64,000 nt of DNA from Squalus acanthias (GCA_030390025.1 CM059432.1:46688001-46752000), one strand, 5' to 3'. Positions 36,240-49,348 are shown, numbered from the stretch's first letter. A program made the numbers and translations. The notes: generated by a model not told the origin, from the sequence alone.

Positions 36240-39207
36240 TGGCAGGGGGTTGGGAACCTGTGCAGGGAGACAGAGGAAAGAGAAGCAAGGATAGAAGCAA
36301 AAGACAGGAAGGAGAAAAGCAAAAGTGGAAGTCAAAGAAATCAAATGAGTAAATCAAACATGGCCAAAGTAAACAATCATTCTAAAAGGTCTAAGAGTGT
36401 TAAAAAAACAAGCCTGAAGGCTTTGTGTCTTAATGCGAGGAGCATTCATAATAAGGTGGATGAATTCGCTGTGCAAATAGATGTAAACGGATATGATATA
36501 ATTGGGATTACAGAGACATGGCTCCAGGTTGACCAAGGCTAGAATTCAACATCCAGGGGTTTTCAATATTCAGGAAGGACAGGCTAAAAGGAAAAGGAGG
36601 TGGGGTAGCATTGCTGGTTAAAGAAGAGATTAACACAATAGTAAGGAAGGATATTAGCTCTGATGATGTGGAATCTGTATGGGTAGAGCTGAGAAATACC
36701 AAGGGGCAGAAAACGTTAGTGGGAGTTGTATACAGACCCCCAAACAGTAATGCTGAGGTTGGGGGTGGCATTAAATGGGAAATTAGAGATGCGCGCAATA
36801 AGGGCACAGCAGTTATCATGGGTGACTTTAATCTACATATAGATTGGGCTAACCAAATTAGTAACAATACTGTGGAGGAGGAATTCCTAGAGTGTATACG
36901 GGATGGTTTCCTGGGCCAATATGTCGAGGAACCAACTAGAGATCAGGCCATCTTAGACTGGGTATTATGTAATGAGAAAGGATTAATAAGCAGTCCTGTT
37001 GTGCGAGGCCCCTTGGGGAGGAGCGATCATAATATGATAGAATTCTTCATTAAGATGGAGAGTGAAGTAGTTGACTCAGAGACTAGGGTACTGAAATTAA
37101 ATAAAGGAAACTACGATGGTATGAGCGTGAATTGGCTAGGATGGATTGGGGAACGTTACTTAAAGGGTTGACGGTGGATAGGCAATGGCAAACATTTAAA
37201 GATCGCATGGATGAACTACAGAATTTGTTCATCCCTGTTTGACATAAAAATAAAACAAAAAAGGTGACTCAACCATAGCAAACAAGGGGAATTAGGGATA
37301 GCATAAGATCCAAGGAGAGGACATATAAACTGGCCAGAAAAAGCAGCAAACCTGAGGATTGGGAGCAGTTTAGGATTCAGCAAAGGAGGACAAAGGGATT
37401 AATTAAGAGGGGGAAAATAGAGTATGAGAGTAAGCTTGCAGGCAACATAAAAACTGACTGTAAAAGCTTCTATAGATATGTGAAGAGAAAAAGATTGGTG
37501 AAGTCAAGCGTAGGTCCCTTGCAGTCAGAATCAGGGGAATTTATAATGGGGAACAAAGAAATGGCTGACCAATTAAATACATACTTTGGTTCTGTCTTCA
37601 CAAAGGAGGACAGAAATAGCCTCCCAGAGATGTCGGGGAACATAGGGTCTAATGAGAGGGAGGAACTGAATGAAATCAGTATTTGTAGGGAAATGGTGTT
37701 AGGGAAATTGACGGGATTGAAGGCCGATAAATCCCCAGGGCCTGATAATCTACATCCTAGGGTACTTAAGGAAGTGGCCCTAGAAATAGTAGATGCATTG
37801 CTGATCATCTTCCAAAATTCTATAGACTCTGGAACAGTTCCCATGGATTGGAGGGTAGCTAATGTAACCCCACTATTTAAAAAAGGTGGTAGAGAGAAAA
37901 TGAGGAATTATAGACCTGACATCGGTAGTGGGAAAAATGCTAGAGTCCATTATAAAAGATGTAATAGCAGAGCACTTGGAAAACAGTGACAGGATTGGAC
38001 AAAGTCAACATGGATTTACAAAAGGTAAATCATGCTTGACTAATCTACTGGAATTTTTTGAGGATGTAACTGGTAGGATAGATAAGGGAGAACCAGTGGA
38101 TGTGGTGTATTTGGACTTTCAGAAGGCTTTCGATAAGGTCCCGCATAAGAGATTAGCGTGCAAAGTTAAAGCACATGGGATTGGGGGTAAGGTACTGACT
38201 TGGATAGAGAACTGGTTGGCAGACAGGAAGCAAAGAGTTGGAATAAACGGGTCTTTTTCCAAGTGGCAGGCAGTGACTAGTGGAGTACCTCAGGGATCGG
38301 TGCTAGGACCCCAGTTATTCACAATATATATTAATGATCTAGACGAGGGAACTCGATGTAATATCTCCAAGTTTGCAGACGACACAAAGCTGGGTGGGCG
38401 TGTGTGCTGTGAGGAGGATGCAGAGAAACTCCAGTATGATTTGGACAGGTTGGGTGATTGGGCAGATGCATGGCAGATGCAGTATAATGTGGATAAATGC
38501 GTGGTTATCCACTTTGGTGGCAAAAACAGGAAGGCAGATTATTATCTGAATGGCAATAGATTGGGAAAAGGGGAAGTGCAACGAGACCTGGGTGTCCTTG
38601 TGCACCAGTCGCTGAAGGTAAGCCTGCAGGTGCAGCAGGCGGTTAAGAAGGCAAATGGTATGTTGGCCTTCATAGCGAGAGGATAGAGGATTCGAGTACA
38701 GGAGCAGGATGTCTTGCTGCAGTTGTACAGGGCCTTGGTGAGACCACAACTTGAGTATTGTGTGCAGTTTTGGTCGCCTTATCTGAGGAAGGATGTTCTT
38801 GCCATGGAGGGAGTGCAGCGAAGATTTACCAGACTGATACCTGGGATGGCAGGAATGACGTATGAAGAGAGATTGGGTCGATTAGGCTTATATTCGCTAG
38901 AGTTTAGAAGAATGAGAGGGGATCTCATTGAAACTTATAAAATTCTAACAGGACTAGACAGACTAGATGCAGGAAGGATGTTCCCGATGGCAGGGGAGTC
39001 CAGAACCAGGGGTCACAGTCTAATGATAAGGGGTAAGCCATTTAGGACTGAGATGAGGAGAAATTTCTTCACCCAGAGAGTGGTGAACCTGTGGAATTCT
39101 CTACCACAGAAGGCAGTTGAGACCAATTCATTAAATATATTCAAGAAGGAGTTAGATATATTTCTTAATGCTAAAGGGATCAAGGGATATGGGGAGAAAG
39201 CAGGGAC
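36240..39207 (+). pseudogene. CR1 ORF2 (APE + RT), disrupted
   Basis: ORF pieces 36345-36542, 36611-37171, 37480-37989, 37928-38686 and 38714-39232 carry APE and RT motifs. Confidence 0.93.
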
Positions 39208-40345
39208 ACCAATCTACATAAGGATAAATTAGGGCAGATGACCAAAAGCTTGGTCAAAGAGGTAGGTTTTAAGGAGCGTCTTAAAGGAGGAAAGAGAGTT
39301 AACGAGGCGGACAGGTTTAGACAGGGAATTCCAGAGCTTAGGACTTAGGCAACAGATGGCACGGCCACCAAATTTTGAGCTATTATAATCAGGGATCCTC
39401 AAGAGGGCAGAATTAGAGGAGCGCAGATATCTCGGGGGTTTGTGGGGCTGAAGGAGATTACAGAGATAGGAAAGGGCAAGGCCATGGAGGGAGCCAATGT
39501 AAGTCAGCGAGCACTGGGGTGATGGGCGAGTGGAACTTGGTACGAGTTAGGACATGGGCAGCCAAGTTTTGGATGACCTCAAGTTTACGTAGGGTGGAAT
39601 GTGGGAGGCCTGCCAGGAGTGCATTGTTATAGTCAAATCTAGAGGTAACAAAGGCATGGATGAGGGTTTCAGCAGCGGATGAGCTGAGGCAAGGGCAGAG
39701 ACGGGCGATGTTACGGAAGTGAAAGTAGGCGGTCTTTGTTATGCTGCGGATATGTGGTCGGAAGCTCATTTCAGGGTCAAATATGACGCCAAGGTTGCGA
39801 ACAGTGTGGTTCAGCCTCAGACAGATGTTAGGGAGAGGGATGGAGTCAGTGGCTAGGGAACGGAGTTTGTGGCGGGGACCGAAAACAATGGCTTTGGTTT
39901 TCCCAATATTTAATTGGAGAAAATTTTTGCTCATCCAGAACTGTATGTCGGACAAGCAGTCTGACAATTTAGACACCGTGGAGGGGTCGAGAGAAGAAGT
40001 AGTGAGGTAGAGCTGGGTATCGTCAGCGTATATGTGGAAACTGACGCTGTGTTTTCGGATGATGTCGCCAAGGGATGTAGATGAGAAATAGGAGGGGGCC
40101 AAGGATAGATCCTGGGGGGACACCAGAGGTAACGATGCGGGAGCGGGAAGAGAAAATGTTGCAGGTGATTCTCTGTTTACGATTAGATAGATAAGAATGG
40201 AACCAGGTGAGTGCAGTCCCACCCAGCTGGACGATGGTGGAGAGGCGTTGGAGAAGGATGGAGTGGTCAACCATGTCAAAGGCTGCAGATAAGTCAAGAA
40301 GGACAAGGAGGGATAGTTTACCTTTGTCACAGTCACAAAGAACTG
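39208..40345 (-). mobile_element. L2 LINE RT-3' region
   Basis: VDHSILLQRL, GVPPGSILGPLLFLIY, FHIYADDTQLY, NFLQLNIGKT, LIHAFVTSRFDY. Confidence 0.92.
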
Positions 40346-40348
40346 TGT

Positions 40349-40399
40349 AGCCCAGGCCTCTGGATTACTAGTACAGTAACATAACCACTATGCTACCAT
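40349..40399 (-). mobile_element. Displaced tRNA-like 5' head (A box) of the LINE at 33262-34683
   Basis: Minus strand ggtagcatagtggttatgttactgtactagtaatccagaggcctgggcta; tagtcca/tagccca flank the insert. Confidence 0.75.
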
Positions 40400-41367
40400 T
40401 CTTCATTTTCCTCTCCCTCTTCTTTTTCAACCACTGGCTGGGCAGGCTAGATATCTTGGGTGTCTGAATTGAGGAAGGCACAAGTGTAGGGGAGGGGGGA
40501 AAGCAAGAGTTGCATGCTTACACCATGTGCATCTTGAAAATCAGAAAATATTGTGGGATGTGGGGGAAGTGGGATATGAGAAGGAGGATAATGTATGAGG
40601 ATACCGGCTGGTCAAGGGCTCAGCCATGCCCCCTGCCAAGAATGGCCAGCACCGTCTCCTCCAAGGGGATGAGGTAAAGCTAGGAATGTGAGGTGTGCCT
40701 CGTGTTTGGTAGAGATTGTTGGTAGGTGAGTGAGGGGGGCGGTGGGGGGGGGGGGGGGTCGGTGCGGTGGGTCATGCATTGAGTGGTGTGTGAGGCTAGT
40801 TTTGAAGTTGGTAGGAGGTGGCTTTTGAAGATGCATTCACTGATCTTGACCACTCGTCTGAGGTCATGAAACTTCTTTGAGCACTGGAGCCACATCCTGA
40901 GGGGCAACACTGCTGGCAGTGACCGCCTCGGCAATCTGGTCCCACGTCCTTCTTTCTGGAGGGCCTTCTGGACCCCTGTGGGTCGAGGACCTCTCTTCCA
41001 ATGTTCACCCCTGCACAAAGGCCTCGATTGCTGTGTCCGAGTCCCTGGTTGTCCTTTCCCTGGCTTGTTGAGCAATTGGGTGCTGAAGCACTTTTAACAT
41101 TTTGATCACCAGAAGGCAGCTCACCTTTAAGAGGTGCAGACTGCCTTTAAGTAAAGCTAGCCTCACTGGAACATCGATAACTTTGGCACCCTGCTGAGCG
41201 CACAGGCTGTCAGCAGCATGTTCAGCAATGGCTGTGGTGCTATTATCATTTAAGGTTGCAGTCAGCACGAATTTGACATGCTGCCTGAGCTTTCTTCAAT
41301 GGGCGCGGGCAGATCCCCCATCGCAGTGCCCAAGCCTGTTTTTGAGCGTTCGCGAATTTCGCCCCCC
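40400..41367 (-). mobile_element. Harbinger fragment with Myb/SANT remnant
   Basis: MWLQCSKKFHDLRRVVK; homologous to 26100-26700; terminus gaatttcgcccccc. Confidence 0.8.
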
Positions 41368-42624
41368 ATTCTCTGAGATGTTATGATCTGTACTGTATTA
41401 TCAGGACACTCAGCCCCAGTGCTCTTTGAAATTCCCCCAACCTCTCTGCTTCTTTGAGATTCTTATCCTGCTCTTCATCCCTAAAATTATACTACATGCT
41501 GCTGTCTCCAAACGCCCCCAGCATGTCTACTTCAAAGACACTTCCTCCCCATTAGTTGTTTCACTGAATAATCTGCTCCCTCTTACTCCCTTGTGTCATT
41601 TCATAAATGGTCCTCTAACTGCTTTAGGTCCTAATTACATCCTGTCTTGGTGTGATTTTATCAGGCTTTCATTGCTATCGCAGCAAATATGTTAGCTATT
41701 TTGGTCATCTCAAGCCAGAAATGTATAATAATAATTTAAAGTTTATTTTGTATGGGTAGTAACTGACAGCAGGGAAATTTCTTTTCACATGGTAACAGCA
41801 GTTGCTGCAGTGGCATTTATCTGGTTAACTTACAATCTGTGTTCACCATAGCTTGAAGACAATTACATGCAGATAAATGTCATCCTTAATTCGCACAACC
41901 ACAGAATTCTACTGTATTTCAACAAATAAAGGACTTCAACAGAAAGCAACTTGTCACCTACCAAACTGAAGTACCACTGTCTGAGCAGATAATAAAATCA
42001 GAGAAAGTCTTCCTTAAATATCACATAGTAGCTGGGTTTTTTCATGTCCATTTTAAGTCACTTTGTGCTTGAAAATATTTTTTTTATTTAAACAGTGTTA
42101 TTTTACCTTTAGGCTCTAAACCGGAAACAACTTAATATGGACAGAATTATGTTTAGTTGGACACAGATGGTAAAAAGTCAGACTCTTCTATATTTATTTT
42201 ATGGTAGATTTGATTTGAGAGACTGGTTACCACAAGGGCATGCATACCACTGTTCCCATGCACTGCATACCATGGAAAAGATTTTGTTATTTTGTCATTT
42301 TATTGTTTTTGGAAACCTGGCTGTATGTAATTCAGTATTTCCTGTCTCCATACTTAACATGGGTCTGAGAGAATCAATGCATTAGAAAACAGTTTAACTA
42401 GCTCAGCTTTTTAAATATAAGGAACTTCAGTAATTTTTCCTTTATACATCTTCACACTTTTGACCATTTTGTTTAATCCTAAAAGTGCTTTAAATTTCTG
42501 ATGCAGGGAAGGAAAGCAGAAAATCGGTGATTAATGTCAATAATCTAATGTTTCCACTTCTTCCTTAGAGCAAATATTAGTATTGTCAAAATTGACCACG
42601 CTTGGAGCAGAATAGAGAGACCTT

Positions 42625-43390
42625 GGGCTGGATTTTCAATGACCCGTGGAGTCGGGTTTGGAGGCGTGTGGGGGGTTAAAGTTGCAGATTCGGGGGTCCC
42701 GACCCCATCCCGCCTCCAACCCGCCTCCACGCAATTTTGATAAAATCGTGTGCGGTGTTCCCAACTCCGTCCTGCCTCCAAGAGGCGGGAGAGGCTATTA
42801 AAGCCCTTAACAAGCCCTAAATTGGCTCTGTAATGCCATTTTGAAACGTTTTAGCTAGTTTAACCCTTTTCTGACGTGAAGCACGCCTGATGTGAAACAC
42901 GCCAGTGAAACCTGGCGGGAGCACAAGTGGATAGCTGACTATTAGCTGCAGGTGCACTATTACAATGGAGATGTGATGAAGGTAGTAGTAGTATTAGGTC
43001 TGAAAGTCGCCTCTGATGCTGCTGCATTGAATGTCTTCAGAGACTGCTGGGGCCTTTGGAGGACCTGGATGGAAAAAAATAATCATTCTCTCTCTCTCTC
43101 TCTCTCTCTGAGATGCTGCTCATTTTGCATCCAGGTCCTCTCACAGCAAAGGCCAGGCAATCTCTGAGACCAGGCAGTCTCTGACCTGCAATGCAGCAAC
43201 AATGATGACATCATCAGAGGCGACTTTCAGACTGAAACCACTAATTGGTTCATGGGTTCCCACATGCTGCAACTCAATTGCCCAATTAAGTGAAAATTGC
43301 ATCAATCTCCCACATCCAATTGCAGGCGGGTGGATAACACGAAATGCGGATGACACGACCCCAACGCGCCCCAGTATCAAAATCCAGCCC
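42625..43390 (+). mobile_element. Harbinger-type MITE family C, copy 1
   Basis: TIR GGGCTGGATTTT / AAAATCCAGCCC; TSD ctt/ctt; internal (CT)n. Confidence 0.92.
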
Positions 43391-43946
43391 CTTGACTCTA
43401 CATCTGCTCGATACTATACCTTATCTAAATGTGCTTAATGCAAAAACTGAATATTGAACATGCAGTTGATTTGGCTTCAGTTGACACCTGGGAACTGAAT
43501 CGGTATAGAAACAGGAATGAGGGTTATAGAGGTCTTAAGGTGCCCAAAATCCATGAGGCCCGGCGGCGCACTCCCTGGGTAAGTCTGCCGATAGGGCAGC
43601 GGAGAGGACAGGAAATAATGGCTAATAGTGTGTGTTTTCAATGGGGTCTCTTTGGGGCAGATTTCACAAAAAAAGGAATGTTAACCTCATTGTTTTTTTC
43701 TTCTATTCCCAGTTTATACTGGTTTCTTTTCTAGCTTCAGCTCATGTTGATATCAATTATTCTATTTAATTCTGTTGTTAGCCAGGAAATTCTGCAGCTT
43801 CAAACATTACTGAATCAGTTCTACTATTCTCAGTTGAGCAAGGTATTATTGATAGTAATGCATTAAACTGTCCAGTTTATCTTTTATTCTTTGTTTTTTT
43901 CCATGTATCTTCAAAAGTTGAAAATGTGGTCTTCCTTTGAGACAGC

Positions 43947-46900
43947 GGGAGAGAAATTGGATCTCAACTCATCCATTTTTTGGGTGTAAAACATTCCAAT
44001 ATCGGCTGGCCATCATATAATCCTGATATGCACCTGGAGGAGCGTCGACTATTTTGGTTCAGGTGCTCCTTAGTAGTCCTGGGTGCCTGCCTGAAATAAG
44101 CGTCCAGCCAATTAAAATATTTAAATCAGGGTCCTTTGCTTGTTTCAGGACCCTTCTATAAAATTGGTCTATGCCAGCACCTGACTCGCTAATTCTTAAG
44201 CCCGCTCAGCAACTCATGGCAGGAGCAGTCGAAAAATAGGTTACAGAAGTGCTATTTAAAGGAGTCCTCGTCACCATTAAGGTAAGTCTCTGGTTAGGCT
44301 GCTAGTGGGCCTTTCTTTTGGGGTGTTTTGGCTGCAGTATCAGTCCTTCAAAATATGTCAAAAACTTTTTGGAGGTGCAAGAGACTTTCTGCACTTTGCA
44401 TTCAGCACTATTATTTTTAGGCTGTAACTATTTGTAACACCAAAGTTCTGATTGATCCCCTTGGAGGACAAGACACACCCAGCAGTTTGTCTGGAATGTG
44501 TAATTAGGTTCAGCCTGCCTCAGTAATCAAAATCTTTGCAATGTGTAATTTGATCCATTACGCTCCTGCTAACACTACACGCTGAGAACAGACAGGGCTC
44601 ACCCTCCCGGGTTAGGAGCACTCATACTGCTGAGTCCAGTTAGGAAGGGGTGAGGCCATGGAGGGATTTTAACATGAGGATGAGAATTTTAAAATCAAGG
44701 TGATGGTGGACAATGTTCCCCCTAATTTTTTTTTAACGGGCTGCGCGGGACTTCCAGACAGCTGCACAGGGGTGATGGGTGAATGGGACCTGCGGCGTGT
44801 TAGGATACGTGCAGCAGAGTTTTAGATGAGCTCAAGTTCACTGAGGGTGGAAGATGGGAGGCTGGCCAGGAGAACATTGGAATAGTCAGGTCTGGCAAAT
44901 AGCACATAAGTGTAATGTTATGCATGTTGTAGGACCAACACAGAATATGCTCTCAGTTTTTTAAATTCATTTATTTATTGCCCATCCCTAGTTGCCCTTG
45001 AGAGGGTGGTTGTGAGCTGGCTTCTTGAACCGCTGTGGTCTGGCGCGGGGGAGGAGAGGGAGAACATGGTGCAGAAAGTGGGTGGGGTTGGAAGAACGTG
45101 ATCCAGGCATAACAGAGGGCGGGAGAACGTGATTTATCTTCCCATCTGGATCACGTTCTTGCTCTCATCCCCCCTCCTTTAGAACTGGATCACGTTCTCC
45201 CCCCTCCCCACTGTTCTCACCATGCTCCTCCTGCCAACAAGTTCCTGACATTCTCTCCCCGAGTTCCTGACCTCCCCCCAACTCCTGACCTTCTCCCCCA
45301 ACCCCGAGTTCCTGACCTTCTACTTCTCTCCAAGCTCCTCCCTCTCTGAGCTCATCTCCCAAGCTTCGATCCCCTCTCTCCCCCCGTGACCCTCTCTCTT
45401 CCCCTCCGATCCTCTCTCTTCCCCTCCGATCCTCTCTTCCCCTCCGATCCTCTCTCTTCCCCTCCGATCCTCTCTTCCCCTCCGATCCTCTCTCTTCTCC
45501 TCCGATCCCCTCTCTTGCCCCCGTTCGATCCTCTCTCTTCCCCTCTGATCCTCTCTCTTCCCCTCCAATCCTCTCTCTTCCCCTCCGATCCTCTCTTCCT
45601 CTCTGATCCTCTCTTTCCCTCCGATCCTCTCTCTTCCCCTCCGATCCTCTCTTCCTCTCTGATCCTCTCTTCCCCTCCGATCCTCTCTCTTCCCCTCTGA
45701 TCCTCTCTCTTCCCCTCCGATCCTCTCTCTCCCCACTGCGATTCTCTCTTCCCCTCCGATCCTCTCTCCCCCCTCGATCCTCTCTCTCCCCTTCGATCCT
45801 CTCTCTCCCCCCTCGATCCTCTCTCTTCCCCTCCGATCCTCTCTCTTCCCCTCCGATCCTCTCTCTCCCATTCGATCCTCTCTCTCCCCCCTCGATCCTC
45901 TCTTCCCCTTCGATCCTCTCTCTCCCCCCTCGATCCTCTCTCTCCCCTTCGATCCTCTCTCTCCCCCCTCGATCCTCTCTCTCCCCCCTCGATCCTCTCT
46001 CTTCCCCTCCGATCCTCTCTCTTCCCCTCCGATCCTCTCTCTTCCCCTTCGATCCTCTCTCTTCCCCTCTGATCCTCTCTCTTCCCCTTCGATCCTCTCT
46101 CTTCCCCTCTGATCCTCTCTCTTCCCCTCCGATCCTCTCTCTCCCCACTGCGATTCTCTCTCTTCCCCTCCGATCCTCTCTCCCCCCTCGATCCTCTCTC
46201 TCCCCTTCGATCCTCTCTCTTCCCCTCCGATCCTCTCTCTTCCCCTCCGATCCTCTCTCTTGCCCCCGTTCGATCCTCCTCTCCCCGTGACCCTCCATCT
46301 TCCCCTCCAATCCTCTCTCTTCCCCTCCGATCCTCTCTTCCTCTCTGATCCTCTCTTCCCCTCCGATCCTCTCTCTTCCCCTCCGATCCTCTCTCTCCCC
46401 ACTGCGATTCTCTCTCTCCCCCCTCGATCCTCTCTCTCCCCTCTGATCCTCTCTCTCCCCCCTTCGATCCTCTCTCTCCCCCTTTGATCCTCTCTCCCCC
46501 TTCGATCCTCTCTCTCCCCCTTCGATCCTCTCTCTCCCCCTTCGATCCTCTCTCTCCCCCTTCGATCCTCTCTCTCCCCCTTCGATCCTCTCTCTCCCCC
46601 TTCGATCCTCTCTCTCCCCCTTCGATCCTCTCTCTCCCTCCGATCCTCTCTACCTCCCTCCGATCCTCTCTACCTCCCTCCGATCCTCTCTCCCCCCTCC
46701 AATCCTCTCTCCCCCCTCGATCCTCTCTCTTCCCCTCCGATCCTCTCTCTTCCCCTCCGATCCTCTCTCTCCCATTCGATCCTCTCTCTCCCCCCTCGAT
46801 CCTCTCTTCCCCTTCGATCCTCTCTCTCCCCCCTCGATCCTCTCTCTCCCCTTCGATCCTCTCTCTCCCCCCTCGATCCTCTCTCTCCCCCCTCGATCCT

Positions 46901-49206
46901 CTCTCTTCCCCTCCGATCCTCTCTCTTCCCCTCCGATCCTCTCTCTTCCCCTTCGATCCTCTCTCTTCCCCTCTGATCCTCTCTCTTCCCCTTCGATCCT
47001 CTCTCTTGCCCTCTGATCCTCTCTCTTCCCCTCCGATCCTCTCTCTCCCCACTGCGATTCTCTCTCTTCCCCTCCGATCCTCTCTCCCCCCTCGATCCTC
47101 TCTCTCCCCTTCGATCCTCTCTCTTCCCCTCCGATCCTCTCTCTTCCCCTCCGATCCTCTCTCTTGCCCCCGTTCGATCCTCCTCTCCCCGTGACCCTCC
47201 ATCTTCCCCTCCAATCCTCTCTCTTCCCCTCCGATCCTCTCTTCCTCTCTGATCCTCTCTTCCCCTCCGATCCTCTCTCTTCCCCTCCGATCCTCTCTCT
47301 CCCCACTGCGATTCTCTCTCTCCCCCCTCGATCCTCTCTCTCCCCTCTGATCCTCTCTCCCCCCTTCGATCCTCTCTCTCCCCCTTTGATCCTCTCTCCC
47401 CCTTCGATCCTCTCTCTCCCCCTTCGATCCTCTCTCTCCCCCTTCGATCCTCTCTCTCCCCCTTCGATCCTCTCTCTCCCTCCGATCCTCTCTACCTCCC
47501 TCCGATCCTCTCTACCTCCCTCCGATCCTCTCTCCCCCCCTCCAATCCTCTCTCCCCCCCTCCGATCCTCTCTCCCCCCCTCCGATCCTCTCTCTCCCGC
47601 TTCGATCCTCTCTCCCCCCTTCGATCCCCTCTCCTCTCTCCCCACCGGCCACCAATGGATCCCCTGACCTTCTCTGCAAGGAGCCAAGGGAAGCATGGCG
47701 TTGCAGGCCATACCGTTTGGTACTGCGCATGCGTGACTGGATCAAGTGCTCATGCACGGTATGAATTGGATGTACACGTGCAAAGAAAGTCAAAAATACA
47801 TTGCAAATAATAACTCTGTTATTTTTATGATGGGTGATCTGCTTGGTCTATACTGGGGCTGGAGGATGCAGCAGGAAGAGTCCACATATCAGGAGATGCT
47901 GGTAGAACTGGTGAGAGGGGAGGACACAGGAAGTCCTACGCCGTGCGTGTATTTAGGGACCGCCTTTCCTATCACAACTTGACTGAGCAACAGTTTGTCC
48001 AGTGCCTCCACTTCACAGGGGATCCTATGATTGAGCTGTGTTAACTGTTGCAGTACGAACTGGAGCCCTGTGCCAGGGCATGATCAGCACTGGTTGTGGC
48101 TGTCAAGATGACGGTGGCCCTTAATTTAAGCAAAGCTAAGCAGAGACAAATGGAGGCTGCTCAAAGCAGCTGCACTTTGTAATGCAGAGTTGTAGGGTGA
48201 GATTGCAATGAGAAGGAAATAAGAGGGTAAGAGGTGCAGAAACCCTGCGGGACCTGTCCTCCAGCCTTGCCAGTCATCATGGCTTCAAGGCACCCCATCT
48301 CACAATTTTCAGTACGTCTTCCTCCAGTGAGGACAGGAAATAGATGTATGCTTGCCTTCCTCTTGTCTATGCCTGCTCCCAGGTACTGTGCATCAGCTTC
48401 TCCTGCATGAAAGAAAGGAGTGTGTCAGTAGGAGCCTAGTGCGATATTTTGAGGATGTGCATGTTAGGTTAGAATACTGTAGATATTGTGTGAAAGATGG
48501 CACAGGTGAGGGAAGTGAGGACAGTAGCAAGTGCCAAGGGTACCAGTGAAGTGCGGTGCTTTGATTGGAGGAGAGTGAAGGGAAGTGGGGAGGAAAGGCT
48601 TGAGAGTACTGGGGCTATAGGTGGTGCAGCACTCTGCAGAAAATAACATATAAGAGTTAGGAGTCTTACCTTAGCAGCCCTGGTCAGGTCATTAAAATTC
48701 TTCCTACATTGCAGCCAATTCCTTGCTGCAATGCTCCCGGCATTGACCTGTTCAGCCATCTCTTGCTACTGATGAGGGGAAACTTGTCTGGAGATCATTC
48801 CCCTCCCCCCCAATCGGGAAGATCACCTCCCTCCTCCTACTGACCCTCCATAAGGACCTCTAATGGGGCATCTGAGAATCTGGGGGCTCTTGCTGCATCA
48901 AACGTTCCTACCATTTTCAATGTACTCAACAATGGAAGTTGCCTGTAGCCAAAGTGCACCTCCCCTTTAAGAGTTGTAGGTTGCCTTTAAATAGCATCAA
49001 TGACACCCGATATCTGCCGCCACCCCCCACCCCACCACCCATTAGGTGAGCTGCCAATGAACAGTGTAGCACTCGCAGCACATCTGTTTTAATCAAATGA
49101 GGCATGAGCATCAATATTACTCATGCCTCTCGCTCATGTGATCCAGCATGTGGAGTGATTGCTTTGCGCATTTCCTGACCATTACAGACTTAAACGAATT
49201 TCTCCT
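43947..49206. mobile_element. Degenerate Harbinger element (transposase 5' remnant ~47830-48125 on +, Myb remnant ~48250-48915 on -) with nested inserts and the minisatellite
   Basis: RVFRDRLSYHNLTEQQFVQCLHF..VAVKMTVALN; AEQVNAGSIAARNWLQCRKNFNDLTR; putative termini gggagagaaatt / aatttctcct. Linking the two ends is inferred. Confidence 0.6.
45366..47640. repeat. Polypyrimidine minisatellite, ~19-21-bp unit (tccgatcctctctcttcccc), with a higher-order duplication
   Basis: About 100 or more GATC-centred units; a rare variant block recurs at 46261 and 47165. Confidence 0.97.
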
Positions 49207-49348
49207 GAAATCTCTTCAGTCAGTATATTTCATCCCTAATCTCTAATAACTTCCTTTTAGGTGTACCTGCAGTTCCAGTTGGCGGTTAATGGAATTTAAC
49301 TGGATTAAAATCTTGTTATAAGGGAGGAAACAGAAAGTAGGAGTTCTT

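Larger units (their letters stand above)
34771..39207 (+). mobile_element. Nearly full-length CR1 LINE (5'UTR, ORF1, ORF2) lacking its 3'UTR
   Basis: Tandem 5'UTR monomers, ORF1 and ORF2; same family as 4013-7075. Confidence 0.95.

Noticed and set aside
45366..47640. CRISPR-like array
   Set aside because: There are no unique spacers and no cas genes, and the context is eukaryotic.
45165..47711. Long 350-620 aa ORFs rich in E/R/G or S/P/L
   Set aside because: They are translations of the minisatellite, open in several frames only because the repeat unit has few stop codons.
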